A program made the position numbers and the translations under genes. From positions 6,098 through 70,097 of the IMG/VR virus record IMGVR_UViG_2855933439_000001: a stretch of DNA of 64,000 bases, one strand, 5' to 3'. Each line of letters begins with the position of its first letter. Position 1 is the first letter of the stretch. This document shows positions 36,387 to 45,037 of the stretch, piece by piece. This DNA comes from a virus. Taxonomy: Duplodnaviria > Caudoviricetes. The notes beneath the pieces were generated by a model. It searched no databases, was not told the origin of the DNA, and saw only the letters and a list, made by a program, of their open reading frames with translations.

Positions 36387-36923
36387 ATGCAGCTCACGCT
36401 CACGCCGCTCGCCGACGAGGGCGTCACGGTGCTGCCGCCCGACATCGTCTGGAACGGCGTCGTCGGCGACTTCGCCCTGGCGACCACGCCCGAGGACGGC
36501 GCCGCCGGCGGCCTCGTCGCGGCCAACCCGTTGCGGACCGCGGTCCTCCTCCTCCTGTTCACCGACGCCCGGGTCGAGGCGGCCGAGCTGCGGTTCGAGC
36601 ACCGGGGCGACCGCCGCGGCTGGCCGGGCGACGGCTTCGACGTCGACACGGCCGCCGGCGAGGCCCCGCTCGGGTCGAAACTCTGGCTGTTTCGCCGCCA
36701 CGAGCTCACCGACCTGACCGCCCGCGAGGTCGCGGCCGAGGCCGAGCGCGCGCTGCAACCCCTGGTCAAGCAGGGGGCCGCCGCGCGCGTCACCGTCGCC
36801 GCCACCGCCGACAAGGTCGCGGGCCGCATCAATCTCAGCGTCGGGGTCTACGGCCGCGACGGCCGCAGCGTCTACGCCGACCAGTTCGACCTCTTATGGA
36901 AGCGAGCCGATGGCCGGTTATAG
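36387..36923 (+). CDS. Baseplate protein (Mu gp46-like)
   Basis: LRTAVLLLLFTDAR, RRGWPGD, GSKLWLFRR, AERALQPL. Confidence 0.9.
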   Translation: MQLTLTPLADEGVTVLPPDIVWNGVVGDFALATTPEDGAAGGLVAANPLRTAVLLLLFTDARVEAAELRFEHRGDRRGWPGDGFDVDTAAGEAPLGSKLWLFRRHELTDLTAREVAAEAERALQPLVKQGAAARVTVAATADKVAGRINLSVGVYGRDGRSVYADQFDLLWKRADGRL

Positions 36924-38022
36924 CATCCGCGCACTTGCCGACCTGTCCCGCGCCGCCCGCTCCTACTTCACGGGAGCGGCCGGCGGGGCCGTCGCGAGCG
37001 TCTGGGCCAACACCTTCACGGTGTTTGCCAAGGTGCTCGGGCTCCTGACCTATGAGCACGAGCTGCGCCGGCGCTGGCTGTCTCGCCAGATCTTCGCCTC
37101 GACCGCCGACGAGCTCTGGCTCGCCCGGCACGCGTTCGAGCTCGGCCTAGCGCAGGGCGCCGGGGTCGCGGCGCTCGGCAGCGTCACGGCGGCCGCCACC
37201 CCGGGCCTCGCGATCCCGGCCGGCCTCACCTTCGTGCGCGACGACGGCCTGACCTACACGACCCTCGCGCGCGCGATCGCCGCCGGGCCCACCGTGACCC
37301 TCTACGTCGAGGCGGACGCGGTCGGGGAGGCCGGCAACGCGCCGGCCGGCACGGTGCTCGCCCTCTCGCCCGACACGGCCGCGCCCGACGGGCTCGGCGC
37401 CGGCGGCACGGTCGACGCCGACGAGGATGGCGGCGGCCTCTCGGGCGGGGTCGACCCGGAGGACCTCGAGTCCCTGCGCGCCCGGGTGCTCGCCCGCAAG
37501 CGCGAGCCGCCCCACGGCGGCAGCGCCCGCGACTACGCGGCCTGGCTCGCCGCGGCACTGCCCGGGGTGGTGCGGGCCGTCTTCGTCGACGCCTACGCCA
37601 ACGACGCCCGCAGCGTCTGGGTCGTGTTCACGGTCGCCGACCAGCCCGACGGCATCCCGAGCGCCGGGCAGGTCACGATCGCGCAGGCCTACCTCGACGA
37701 CCCGGTGCGCCGCCCCGTCACCGCCCGGGTCTTCGTCGCCGCGCCCGCCCCAGTCGCGGTGTCGGTCGCGATCGGCGGGCTCACGCCCGACACGCCGGAC
37801 ATTCGCGCCGCCATCGCGGCCGAGCTCGCGGCCGTCTTCGTCGACCGCGCCGAGCCCGGCCGGCCGACGCTCGGCCCCTTCGTCCTCTCGGCCTCCTGGC
37901 TCAACGAAGCGGTGAGCCGGGCGACCGGCGAGGATCGCCACCGCCTCGTCAGCCCGTCCGGCGACCTCACCTTCGGGGCCGGCCAATACCCCGTCCTCGG
38001 GGCCGTGTCCTACGTCCCGTGA
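36910..38022 (+). CDS. Baseplate J-like protein (Mu gp47)
   Basis: QIFASTADELWL, EDLESLRARVL, PPHGGSARDY. Confidence 0.92.
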   Translation: MAGYSIRALADLSRAARSYFTGAAGGAVASVWANTFTVFAKVLGLLTYEHELRRRWLSRQIFASTADELWLARHAFELGLAQGAGVAALGSVTAAATPGLAIPAGLTFVRDDGLTYTTLARAIAAGPTVTLYVEADAVGEAGNAPAGTVLALSPDTAAPDGLGAGGTVDADEDGGGLSGGVDPEDLESLRARVLARKREPPHGGSARDYAAWLAAALPGVVRAVFVDAYANDARSVWVVFTVADQPDGIPSAGQVTIAQAYLDDPVRRPVTARVFVAAPAPVAVSVAIGGLTPDTPDIRAAIAAELAAVFVDRAEPGRPTLGPFVLSASWLNEAVSRATGEDRHRLVSPSGDLTFGAGQYPVLGAVSYVP

Positions 38023-38029
38023 GGCGCTA

Positions 38030-38992
38030 ATGCTGATCCGCCTGAGCACCGACGGCCGCGGCTACACCGGCGACACGACGGCGCTCACCGCCGATGCGAC
38101 GCTGCTCACGGTCGGGGCTCCGTCGATCCGCTTCATCCGCGCCGACGCCGTCCTGCCCACCGTCGACGGGCCGCTGCCGACGGCCGACACCGACGCCGGC
38201 GGGGGCGTTCCGCCGGGGTGGCCCTGCGCCCGGCTCGCCGACGCGCCGCCCTCGGTCGTCGACGCGCAGGCCGCCCCGACCGCAGATCAGATCCTGCCGC
38301 AGATCGCCGGCGCGCTCACGCCGCGCGGGCCGGCCTGGGGCGCCGACGAGGCCGGCGACGGGCGCGGCGCCTCGCCCGTCATGCGCCGGGTCTGGTCGGC
38401 GCTCGCGGCGTGGGTGGCGGACCTCAACGCTACCGAATGGACGCTCGCCACGCAGGCGTTGCCCTCGGCCATCACCTACAGCCTGCCCGAGTGGGAGGCC
38501 GAGTTCGGCCTGCCCGACCCGTGCTTTCAGGGGGGGTCGGGCGCGGCGGCCCGGGTCGGGGCGGTGCGGGCCCGCTTCGCCGCGCTCGGGGGCGCCTCCC
38601 CGGCCTACTTCGTCTGTCTGGCCGCCTCGATCGGGTACGACATCACGATCGAGGAGCCGACGCAGTTCCTCTGCGACGTCTCCGAGGTCGTCGAGGAGGG
38701 CCTGACGGAGACCTGGTTTCTCGTCGACGACGGCGCGATCGACGACACACCGCTCGAGGGCTTCCTGCTCAACCCCGACGTCGAGGACGCCGATCCGCTC
38801 TCCGACGAGATGCAGTGGAAATACTGGATCGTGCATGTGCGCGCGGCCGGCGAGACCTGGTTCCGGGTCGACGAGGGCGAGCTCGACCTCGATCCCCTCG
38901 AGGGCTTCGACATCGCCGCGGACCTCGAGTGCCTGCTCGGCCGCTACGCCCCGCAGCACACGCGGTTGCTGTTTAATTATTCCGTAACGTAA
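38030..38992 (+). CDS. Baseplate protein (Mu gp48 / DUF2313-like) with N-terminal extension
   Basis: LTPRGPAWG, LPEWEAEFGLPDPC, LECLLGRYAPQHT. Confidence 0.85.
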   Translation: MLIRLSTDGRGYTGDTTALTADATLLTVGAPSIRFIRADAVLPTVDGPLPTADTDAGGGVPPGWPCARLADAPPSVVDAQAAPTADQILPQIAGALTPRGPAWGADEAGDGRGASPVMRRVWSALAAWVADLNATEWTLATQALPSAITYSLPEWEAEFGLPDPCFQGGSGAAARVGAVRARFAALGGASPAYFVCLAASIGYDITIEEPTQFLCDVSEVVEEGLTETWFLVDDGAIDDTPLEGFLLNPDVEDADPLSDEMQWKYWIVHVRAAGETWFRVDEGELDLDPLEGFDIAADLECLLGRYAPQHTRLLFNYSVT

Positions 38993-39074
38993 GCCACCCG
39001 CCGCCCTCGCCCACCGCCCCGGCCGCCCCCGCGCGCCGGGCGCGGCCGCGCGCCTGAACCTCACGGGATCCGCC

Positions 39075-40019
39075 ATGCTCTACAATCCCCCGTCCGGCTC
39101 GATCGACCCGAACGCCCCGTACATCGGCAAGAACACGACCGCCGGCACGCAGGGTTCGAAGGTGCCGCGCGGCGCCGTCGAGTTCCCGCAGCGCGAGATC
39201 GTCAACGTCATCCTCGCCTCGGGCCAGGATCCGAGCAACGCCGACTTGCAGCAACTGCTCAAGGCGATCCGCTGGCTGATCCAGAACGCCTACAACGACC
39301 CGACCGTGCAGGCGGCCGTGATCAACCTGATCACGAACAACTATGCGCGGGGCTCCTACATCGGGCGCCAGATCTTCGCCAACCCCGGCACGGTCGCCTA
39401 CACGCCGACCCCGGGCACGAAGTCGGTGCGCGTGACGGTGCACGGCGGCGGCGCGGGCGGCGGCGGCGCCGACCCGACGAGCTCCGGGCAGTTTAGCGCG
39501 GGCGGCGGCGGCGGCGCTGGCGGCATCGCGATCAGCCGGATCACCAGCGGTTTTGCGGGCGCGCTGGTCACGGTCGGTGCGGCCGGCGCCGGCGGCGTCA
39601 ATCCGATCGGCATCGCGCCTTTCACCCGCGACGGCGGCAACGGCGGCGACTCGTCCTTCGGCGCCTTCCTGTCGGCCACGGGCGGCGGCGGCGCCCGCGG
39701 CGGCGCGGCCGGCACGTTCGTGAACGTCCAGGCCGGCGGCGGCGGCGGCGTCGGGATCGGCGGCAGCGAGCTCAACCTGCCGGGCGCCCCCGGCATGTAC
39801 TCCACCGCCTGCGACCCCGGCAACGCGGCGTCGGGCTTCGGCGGCATCTCGATCCTCTACGGCCGCGGCGGCAACCCGATCTATTCCGGCGGCGGCGCGG
39901 GCGAGGCCTCGCAGGCCTACGGCGCGGGCGGCTCGGGCGCGTCCAACGGGGCCAGCGCCCCGGCCCGCCAGGGCGGCGCCGGCCGAGGCGGCATCGTCCT
40001 GGTCGACGAGTTCGCCTGA
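39075..40019 (+). CDS. Tail fibre protein with glycine-rich domain
   Basis: N-terminal AVEFPQREIVNVILASG; HGGGAGGGG and many Gly runs. Confidence 0.8.
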   Translation: MLYNPPSGSIDPNAPYIGKNTTAGTQGSKVPRGAVEFPQREIVNVILASGQDPSNADLQQLLKAIRWLIQNAYNDPTVQAAVINLITNNYARGSYIGRQIFANPGTVAYTPTPGTKSVRVTVHGGGAGGGGADPTSSGQFSAGGGGGAGGIAISRITSGFAGALVTVGAAGAGGVNPIGIAPFTRDGGNGGDSSFGAFLSATGGGGARGGAAGTFVNVQAGGGGGVGIGGSELNLPGAPGMYSTACDPGNAASGFGGISILYGRGGNPIYSGGGAGEASQAYGAGGSGASNGASAPARQGGAGRGGIVLVDEFA

Positions 40020-40049
40020 GCCGCCCTCCCTTCCCGCACCCCGCTACAG

Positions 40050-40592
40050 GTGACCCCCCTCATGACCGAATATCTGCTGGTCGACGCCGACGGCGTCGCC
40101 GTCGCCCGCGCCGCCTTCGAGGCCGGCCAGGCCCCCGAGGACCTGTTCCACCCGGAGCTCGCGGCGCGCTACCACGCCCGCGGCGCGGCCGACCTCGGCT
40201 GGCGCTGGGACGGCGCGGCGTTCGTGCCGCCCGCCCCGCCGAGGCCGGCCGAGCTCCTCGCCTACGCCGCGGCGCGGCGCTTCGCGGTCGAGACTGGCGG
40301 TCTCGTCATCGGCGGCACGCCCTTCGCCACCGACGACCGGGCCAAGACCATGCTGCTCGGCGCGCGCGCCGCGGCGCAGGCCGACCCGGCCTTCGTGACG
40401 ACCTGGTTTGCCGCCGACGGCACGACCCACGAGCTCGGGGCCGCCGACCTGGTCGCGATCTCGACCGCGGTGCTCGGCCACGTCAGCGCGTGCTTCGCGA
40501 CCTACGCGCAGGTCGCCGCCGGGATCCAGGCGAGCCCGCCCACGGTCGCGACCTACGCGGCGGTCGACACGGCCTTCGCCGCCCTCGCGTGA
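40050..40592 (+). CDS. DUF4376-like tail fibre assembly protein, copy 1
   Basis: YAAARRFAVETGG, TWFAADG, HVSACF. Confidence 0.8.
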   Translation: MTPLMTEYLLVDADGVAVARAAFEAGQAPEDLFHPELAARYHARGAADLGWRWDGAAFVPPAPPRPAELLAYAAARRFAVETGGLVIGGTPFATDDRAKTMLLGARAAAQADPAFVTTWFAADGTTHELGAADLVAISTAVLGHVSACFATYAQVAAGIQASPPTVATYAAVDTAFAALA

Positions 40593-40632
40593 CGGGGCCC
40601 GCCGCCGCGCCCTCTGCCGTCCGGAGCCCCGC

Positions 40633-41091
40633 ATGGATCTCGAGACCATCAACAACGGCCGGATCGCCAACGACGGCACCGGCGACACCCCGCGCGATGC
40701 CTGGGGCAAGCAGAACCGGAACAACGCCAAGCTAAAGGCGGCAGCCCAGACTGCGCTCGACGCCGCCGGCGCTGTGGTGGGCGGAGCGGCGGCCGCAACT
40801 GCTGCGGCCGCGGCCGCCCAGGCGGTGCTCAACGGCGGCGTCGTGCCGGCCAGCATGGCGCCCCGGCGGTTGCAGTTCCTCGACGCCCTCGAGGCCTCCG
40901 GCGCCGGCCGGGTCGCCACCCTCGCGGCGGCCGTGCCCTCCGATCCGGGCGACCCGGTCAACCGGGCCTACCAGCACACCCTGTTCGTCACCGCTTCGTG
41001 CCGGCTCGCCGTCTTCGCCCGCGCGACGCTCGGGCTCACCGACGCGGCCTTCGCGGCGATCCTCGACGCGGCCCGCACCCTTCAGGACTGA
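40633..41091 (+). CDS. Tail-associated protein with ANDGTGD attachment motif (152 aa)
   Basis: ATG 40633; TINNGRIANDGTGDTPRDAWGKQNRN. Confidence 0.65.
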   Translation: MDLETINNGRIANDGTGDTPRDAWGKQNRNNAKLKAAAQTALDAAGAVVGGAAAATAAAAAAQAVLNGGVVPASMAPRRLQFLDALEASGAGRVATLAAAVPSDPGDPVNRAYQHTLFVTASCRLAVFARATLGLTDAAFAAILDAARTLQD

Positions 41092-41095
41092 CCCC

Positions 41096-42454
41096 ATGCT
41101 GCGCCACGTGCTCCTCGCCCTCGCGATCCTCACCGCTCCGGCGGCGGCGCAGACCTTCGCACTGCCCGAGATCGGCCTACAGGCCTCGGGCGCCTGCCGG
41201 CAGCTCGCCGTGCGCGATCGCGTCAGCACCGCCATGGTGCCGATCGGCTGCCTCGACGTGGTCGGCCCGGGCTTCCGGCTGACCCCGAGCGGCCTGGCGA
41301 TGAGCGCCCTGCCGCCGCTCGACACCTCGAGCGCGAGCCGCCTGACCGGCAGGCACAACCCGCCCAACGCCGTCATGCTCGGCGGGGGCAACCGGATCTC
41401 GTTCTGCCCGACCCTGTCCTGCGTCGACAATCCGTCGACCGATCACCAGCGCGCGACGGCCCTGATCTCGGCCGAGACGCAGGATGACGGGCATTCCGAG
41501 GAGCAGACGCTCGCGGTGCTGACCACCGTCAGGACCGGCTATGCCCGGCCCTGGCTGACGAGCACGGCCTACGCGCTCGGCGACAACGTCTCGATGCAGG
41601 ACGGCCGCAACAGCGTCTACCGCGTCGTGCAGGCCGGCACCTCGGCCGCCTCCGGCTCGGGCCCGAGCGGCAAGGGCTCCTCGATCGTCGACGGGTCGGT
41701 GCGCTGGGCCTGGATCAACGATGCCGCGATCAACGCCAAGGCGGGCATCTATAACGAGACGCAGATCGTCGCCGGGGGCGGCGCGACCTGGGGTCAGGCG
41801 AACAACGTCCACCTCCGGCCCGGCGCGATCCCCACATTCGCGGCCAATACCGAGCTCGATTTCGCGAACGACAGCGGGACCGACTGCGCCATCGGCGTGT
41901 CCAACTGCCTCGGCCTCTGGCTGCAAATGGTGGGCAGCAACAAGTCGACGGCCGGCGCCCTGATCTCGTCCTCGAACACGACCAACGCGGCGGCCGTCTG
42001 GGGGCTGCGTCTCGCCGGGAGCAAGCTCGCCGAGGACTCGAGCTTGCAGATCGACACCAGCGGCGTGCGCGCGATCGGCATCGGCACTTTCTCGCCCGGC
42101 GTCTACTCGGGCGCGGCGATCGAGATCCAGGGCCAGGCGCAGGCCGGCATCGGCATCGGCGGCACCAAGACGATCGCCGGCATCCTGGACGCCTCGACCT
42201 CCGCGAACGGCATCGCGCTCAACGGCGTCTACAGCGGCGCGCAGATCGTGGGCACGGGCTGGTCGGTCAGCCCGAGCGGCAACGTCGCCGCCCAGAGCGT
42301 CACGGTCTCCGGCAACCTCTACGTGCCGGCGCCGATCGTGCCGGCGACGGCGTCGACGGGCTGCGCGAAAGGCCAGATCAGCTACGACGCAAGTTTCGCC
42401 TACGTCTGCGTCGCCACGAATACCTGGAAACGCGCTGCCCTGAGCTCCTGGTAG
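41096..42454 (+). CDS. Fibre/adhesin-like beta-rich protein with apparent signal peptide
   Basis: MLRHVLLALAILTAPAAA-Q; internal W..STAYALGD..YRVVQAGTS..DGSVRW sugar-binding-like motif; C-terminal YVCVATNTWKRAALSSW. Confidence 0.7.
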   Translation: MLRHVLLALAILTAPAAAQTFALPEIGLQASGACRQLAVRDRVSTAMVPIGCLDVVGPGFRLTPSGLAMSALPPLDTSSASRLTGRHNPPNAVMLGGGNRISFCPTLSCVDNPSTDHQRATALISAETQDDGHSEEQTLAVLTTVRTGYARPWLTSTAYALGDNVSMQDGRNSVYRVVQAGTSAASGSGPSGKGSSIVDGSVRWAWINDAAINAKAGIYNETQIVAGGGATWGQANNVHLRPGAIPTFAANTELDFANDSGTDCAIGVSNCLGLWLQMVGSNKSTAGALISSSNTTNAAAVWGLRLAGSKLAEDSSLQIDTSGVRAIGIGTFSPGVYSGAAIEIQGQAQAGIGIGGTKTIAGILDASTSANGIALNGVYSGAQIVGTGWSVSPSGNVAAQSVTVSGNLYVPAPIVPATASTGCAKGQISYDASFAYVCVATNTWKRAALSSW

Positions 42455-42549
42455 GGCGCCAAGCCGCCGCGCCTCGTCTTCCCTGATCGCCGCACAATCC
42501 CAGGGCGCCCTCGAGCGCCCTGCCTCCCCTCGCGCGCCCGAGACCCAGC

Positions 42550-44121
42550 ATGGCATTCCCGCTCATCAACATCGGGTCGGCCGCCAACGACGGCACCGGC
42601 GACGACCTGCGCACCGCGTTCGCCAAGGTCAACAGCTTCCTCGCGGCCTACGCGTCGCCCGACGGCCTCGCGACCGACATCGCCGCGGCGGCGAGCACGG
42701 CGCTCGACTCCGGCGTGACGCTCGCAAAGCGGATCAGCACCGGCACGGTTGCCCGGGCGCAGGTGCTCTCGGATTGGAACAGCAACCGTCCGCTGCATCT
42801 CAACGACGTGATCAAGCCCGGGACCTACGGCGAAAGCGACAATCTCTGGTCGTCAATCAATGAGCTCGCGAACCGGGCGCGCGAGCGCAACACCAGCTTT
42901 GAGCTCCCGGCCGGCAAGTTCCTCTGTAATGGCGAGGTCGACCTCCAATTTACCGAGGTCGTCGGTGCGGGGTCGGGCATTTACGACACGACGACCGTTC
43001 ATCGGCAGAACGCCGGAGATATGTTCGTCTCTCTCGGACACGTCGCCCGCCTGCGCCGGCTTCGCCTTCGTCACGAGGGCGTGTCGGGCAAGGCTCTGGC
43101 CCTCCGGAATGGCGACGCGCATCGGATCGACGACGTCGGCATTGACGGGTTGCACCCGGCGGCGACCGACAGTCTCATGACGTTCTTTGGGTCCAATTGT
43201 CGGTTCGACAATCTTTCCATTTCCAGCCTTCGGGCGGCTTCGTCTTATTGTCTCGAGTGCCTGAGCAGTGAAACGTCGGGTAATATCAACATCAACAATG
43301 TGATTTCCGGCCTCTACATGGGCGGGACGAGCAGCGGTGTGCATGTCGGGTCGTCCGACGGCAGTCGCCGCCCGGAGGGCCTGCACTTCATCGCGCCTCA
43401 ATCAGTGATCGTCGGCGGCCCGGCATTTACGGTCGGGGCAATCCTGCAACTGGTCATCGTCGCGCCGATGCTCGACCAGGTGAAGGGCTACGGCATCCTG
43501 ATCAAGACCGAAGCGCCCTACGGCGTGTCATGCGTGCAGGTCATCGGCGGATGGATCGGCTCCTCGTCGGTGACGGACCCGAACGCGGTCGGCATCGGGA
43601 TCGACAACGGCTCTCCGATCGCCAGCGCCAACGTCGGCGGCGTCGTCGTCACCGGCGGCACGGGCCTGCGCTACCTGAAAACCGGCATCGATGTCATCGG
43701 CCAGACGCAAGACCTCACCGTCGACGATAGCGTGCAGTTCTCCGACCTTGCCTCGGGCATCTGCATCGATGCGCCAGACCTCAACTGGATCAAGACGCAA
43801 CTGACCGTCGGAAGTCGGATCAAGGTGCCGGCTGGGGCCCAATTGATCCGCAACAAAGCCACGGGCAGGGGCGGGCTTAAGAAGTCGCGCAAGACGTTCT
43901 CGATCCCGACGAGCGGTTTCAGCGGCTATGTCGGAGGCGATCACGGCCTGGTCGCCCCGCCTGCGACTTTGACGGTCGGGTTCGACGTCGGGACGGCGAC
44001 AATGCAGCCGCCCGGAATACAGATGGCGACAAAGGATCTCAACAATGTCGTTCTGAATGCTCAGATAAACGGCATTGTCGCTCACGGAACCGGCACTGTA
44101 ACCGTCGACATGGAAGTCTGA
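42550..44121 (+). CDS. Tailspike-like protein with parallel beta-helix (pectate-lyase-like fold)
   Basis: N-terminal INIGSAANDGTGDDLRTAFAKVN; LPAGKFL..VVGAGSG entry motif; repetitive beta strands; lower GC in the body. Confidence 0.75.
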   Translation: MAFPLINIGSAANDGTGDDLRTAFAKVNSFLAAYASPDGLATDIAAAASTALDSGVTLAKRISTGTVARAQVLSDWNSNRPLHLNDVIKPGTYGESDNLWSSINELANRARERNTSFELPAGKFLCNGEVDLQFTEVVGAGSGIYDTTTVHRQNAGDMFVSLGHVARLRRLRLRHEGVSGKALALRNGDAHRIDDVGIDGLHPAATDSLMTFFGSNCRFDNLSISSLRAASSYCLECLSSETSGNININNVISGLYMGGTSSGVHVGSSDGSRRPEGLHFIAPQSVIVGGPAFTVGAILQLVIVAPMLDQVKGYGILIKTEAPYGVSCVQVIGGWIGSSSVTDPNAVGIGIDNGSPIASANVGGVVVTGGTGLRYLKTGIDVIGQTQDLTVDDSVQFSDLASGICIDAPDLNWIKTQLTVGSRIKVPAGAQLIRNKATGRGGLKKSRKTFSIPTSGFSGYVGGDHGLVAPPATLTVGFDVGTATMQPPGIQMATKDLNNVVLNAQINGIVAHGTGTVTVDMEV

Positions 44122-44129
44122 GGCCAACC

Positions 44130-44636
44130 ATGACTTACGCCATCATCAGCCAGGACCGCGTCGTGGGGCTGGCTCCGACGGAGCCGGACCTCCCGCGCAG
44201 CATCGAAGTGCAGGACGTCTCCGGCGTGCTGGGGATCGAAATCGGGTGGTCTCGGCAGGATGGGGCGTGGGTCGCTCCGGAGCTGCCCGCGGCCGACTTG
44301 GTTGCGCGGGCAGGCGCCCGGCGGCAGCGGGCCGAGAATGCCGGCGTGGCGTTCGCCGCTGCGGGCGGATCGCGCTGGCACTCCGATCGCGCGAGCGTCG
44401 CCCGCATGATGGCGGATCGGATCTCGGCGCTGACGGACGCCACCAGGACGGCGCTCTGGCACGACGCGGACGGCGCATCGCGTGCGCTCTCAGCCCGCGA
44501 CGTGATGGCCGTTACGGACGCCATCAACGCCCATCTGCGCGCCTGCGCCGACGCCTACAAGGCCGCCGTGGACGGGATCGAGGCTGGCGCAATCAAGACC
44601 AGTGCGGGCATCGCCGCGGTCTCCTGGCCGGCCTGA
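44130..44636 (+). CDS. DUF4376-like tail fibre assembly protein, copy 2
   Basis: GIEIGWSRQDGAWVAP, ARRQRAENAGV, WHDADG. Confidence 0.75.
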   Translation: MTYAIISQDRVVGLAPTEPDLPRSIEVQDVSGVLGIEIGWSRQDGAWVAPELPAADLVARAGARRQRAENAGVAFAAAGGSRWHSDRASVARMMADRISALTDATRTALWHDADGASRALSARDVMAVTDAINAHLRACADAYKAAVDGIEAGAIKTSAGIAAVSWPA

Positions 44637-44721
44637 CGCGCCCTCCTCTCATCGCAGGAACGATCACGACCGCGGCGCCCCGCTGCCGCGGCCCTGACGC
44701 GCTCCCTCCCGCCCGTCCCGC

Positions 44722-44746
44722 GCCGCCCCTCCCGGGCGGCTTTTTT
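44722..44746 (+). terminator. Intrinsic terminator (copy 1 of duplicated terminator-RBS element)
   Basis: GCCGCCC-CTCCC-GGGCGGC-TTTTTT. Confidence 0.8.
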
Positions 44747-44766
44747 GTGCCCGGAGCTCTCCCCTC

Positions 44767-45033
44767 ATGGCCACCGCCTCTTACGCCCCGACCGCCGACG
44801 ACTGGACGGATGCCGGGACCACCCCGTGCTACGTCCAGGTGCTCAACACCGCGTGCGTGGCGTTCGTGATCGACACGAGCGCGCCCGCGAGCTCGGTGCC
44901 GGCCACTGCCGGGCATCAGCTCGGCGTGACCGGCGAGACCTCGGCCGACATCGGGCTTGCCGGTCAGCGCCTCTACCTGCGCTCGCTCTCGCTGCCGGCG
45001 AACCTCGTCCCTGACGTGCGCGTGTCGAGGTAA
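44767..45033 (+). CDS. Small beta-rich hypothetical protein
   Basis: 88 aa, GGAG RBS, immediately upstream of the GH5 gene. Confidence 0.65.
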   Translation: MATASYAPTADDWTDAGTTPCYVQVLNTACVAFVIDTSAPASSVPATAGHQLGVTGETSADIGLAGQRLYLRSLSLPANLVPDVRVSR

Positions 45034-45037
45034 TCCC

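Noticed and set aside
19806-36832. Long minus-strand ORFs (19806..21884, 23601..24932, 27448..29133, 30242..32431, 34778..36832 and similar)
   Set aside because: Antisense shadows of real high-GC structural genes, with no recognisable motifs.
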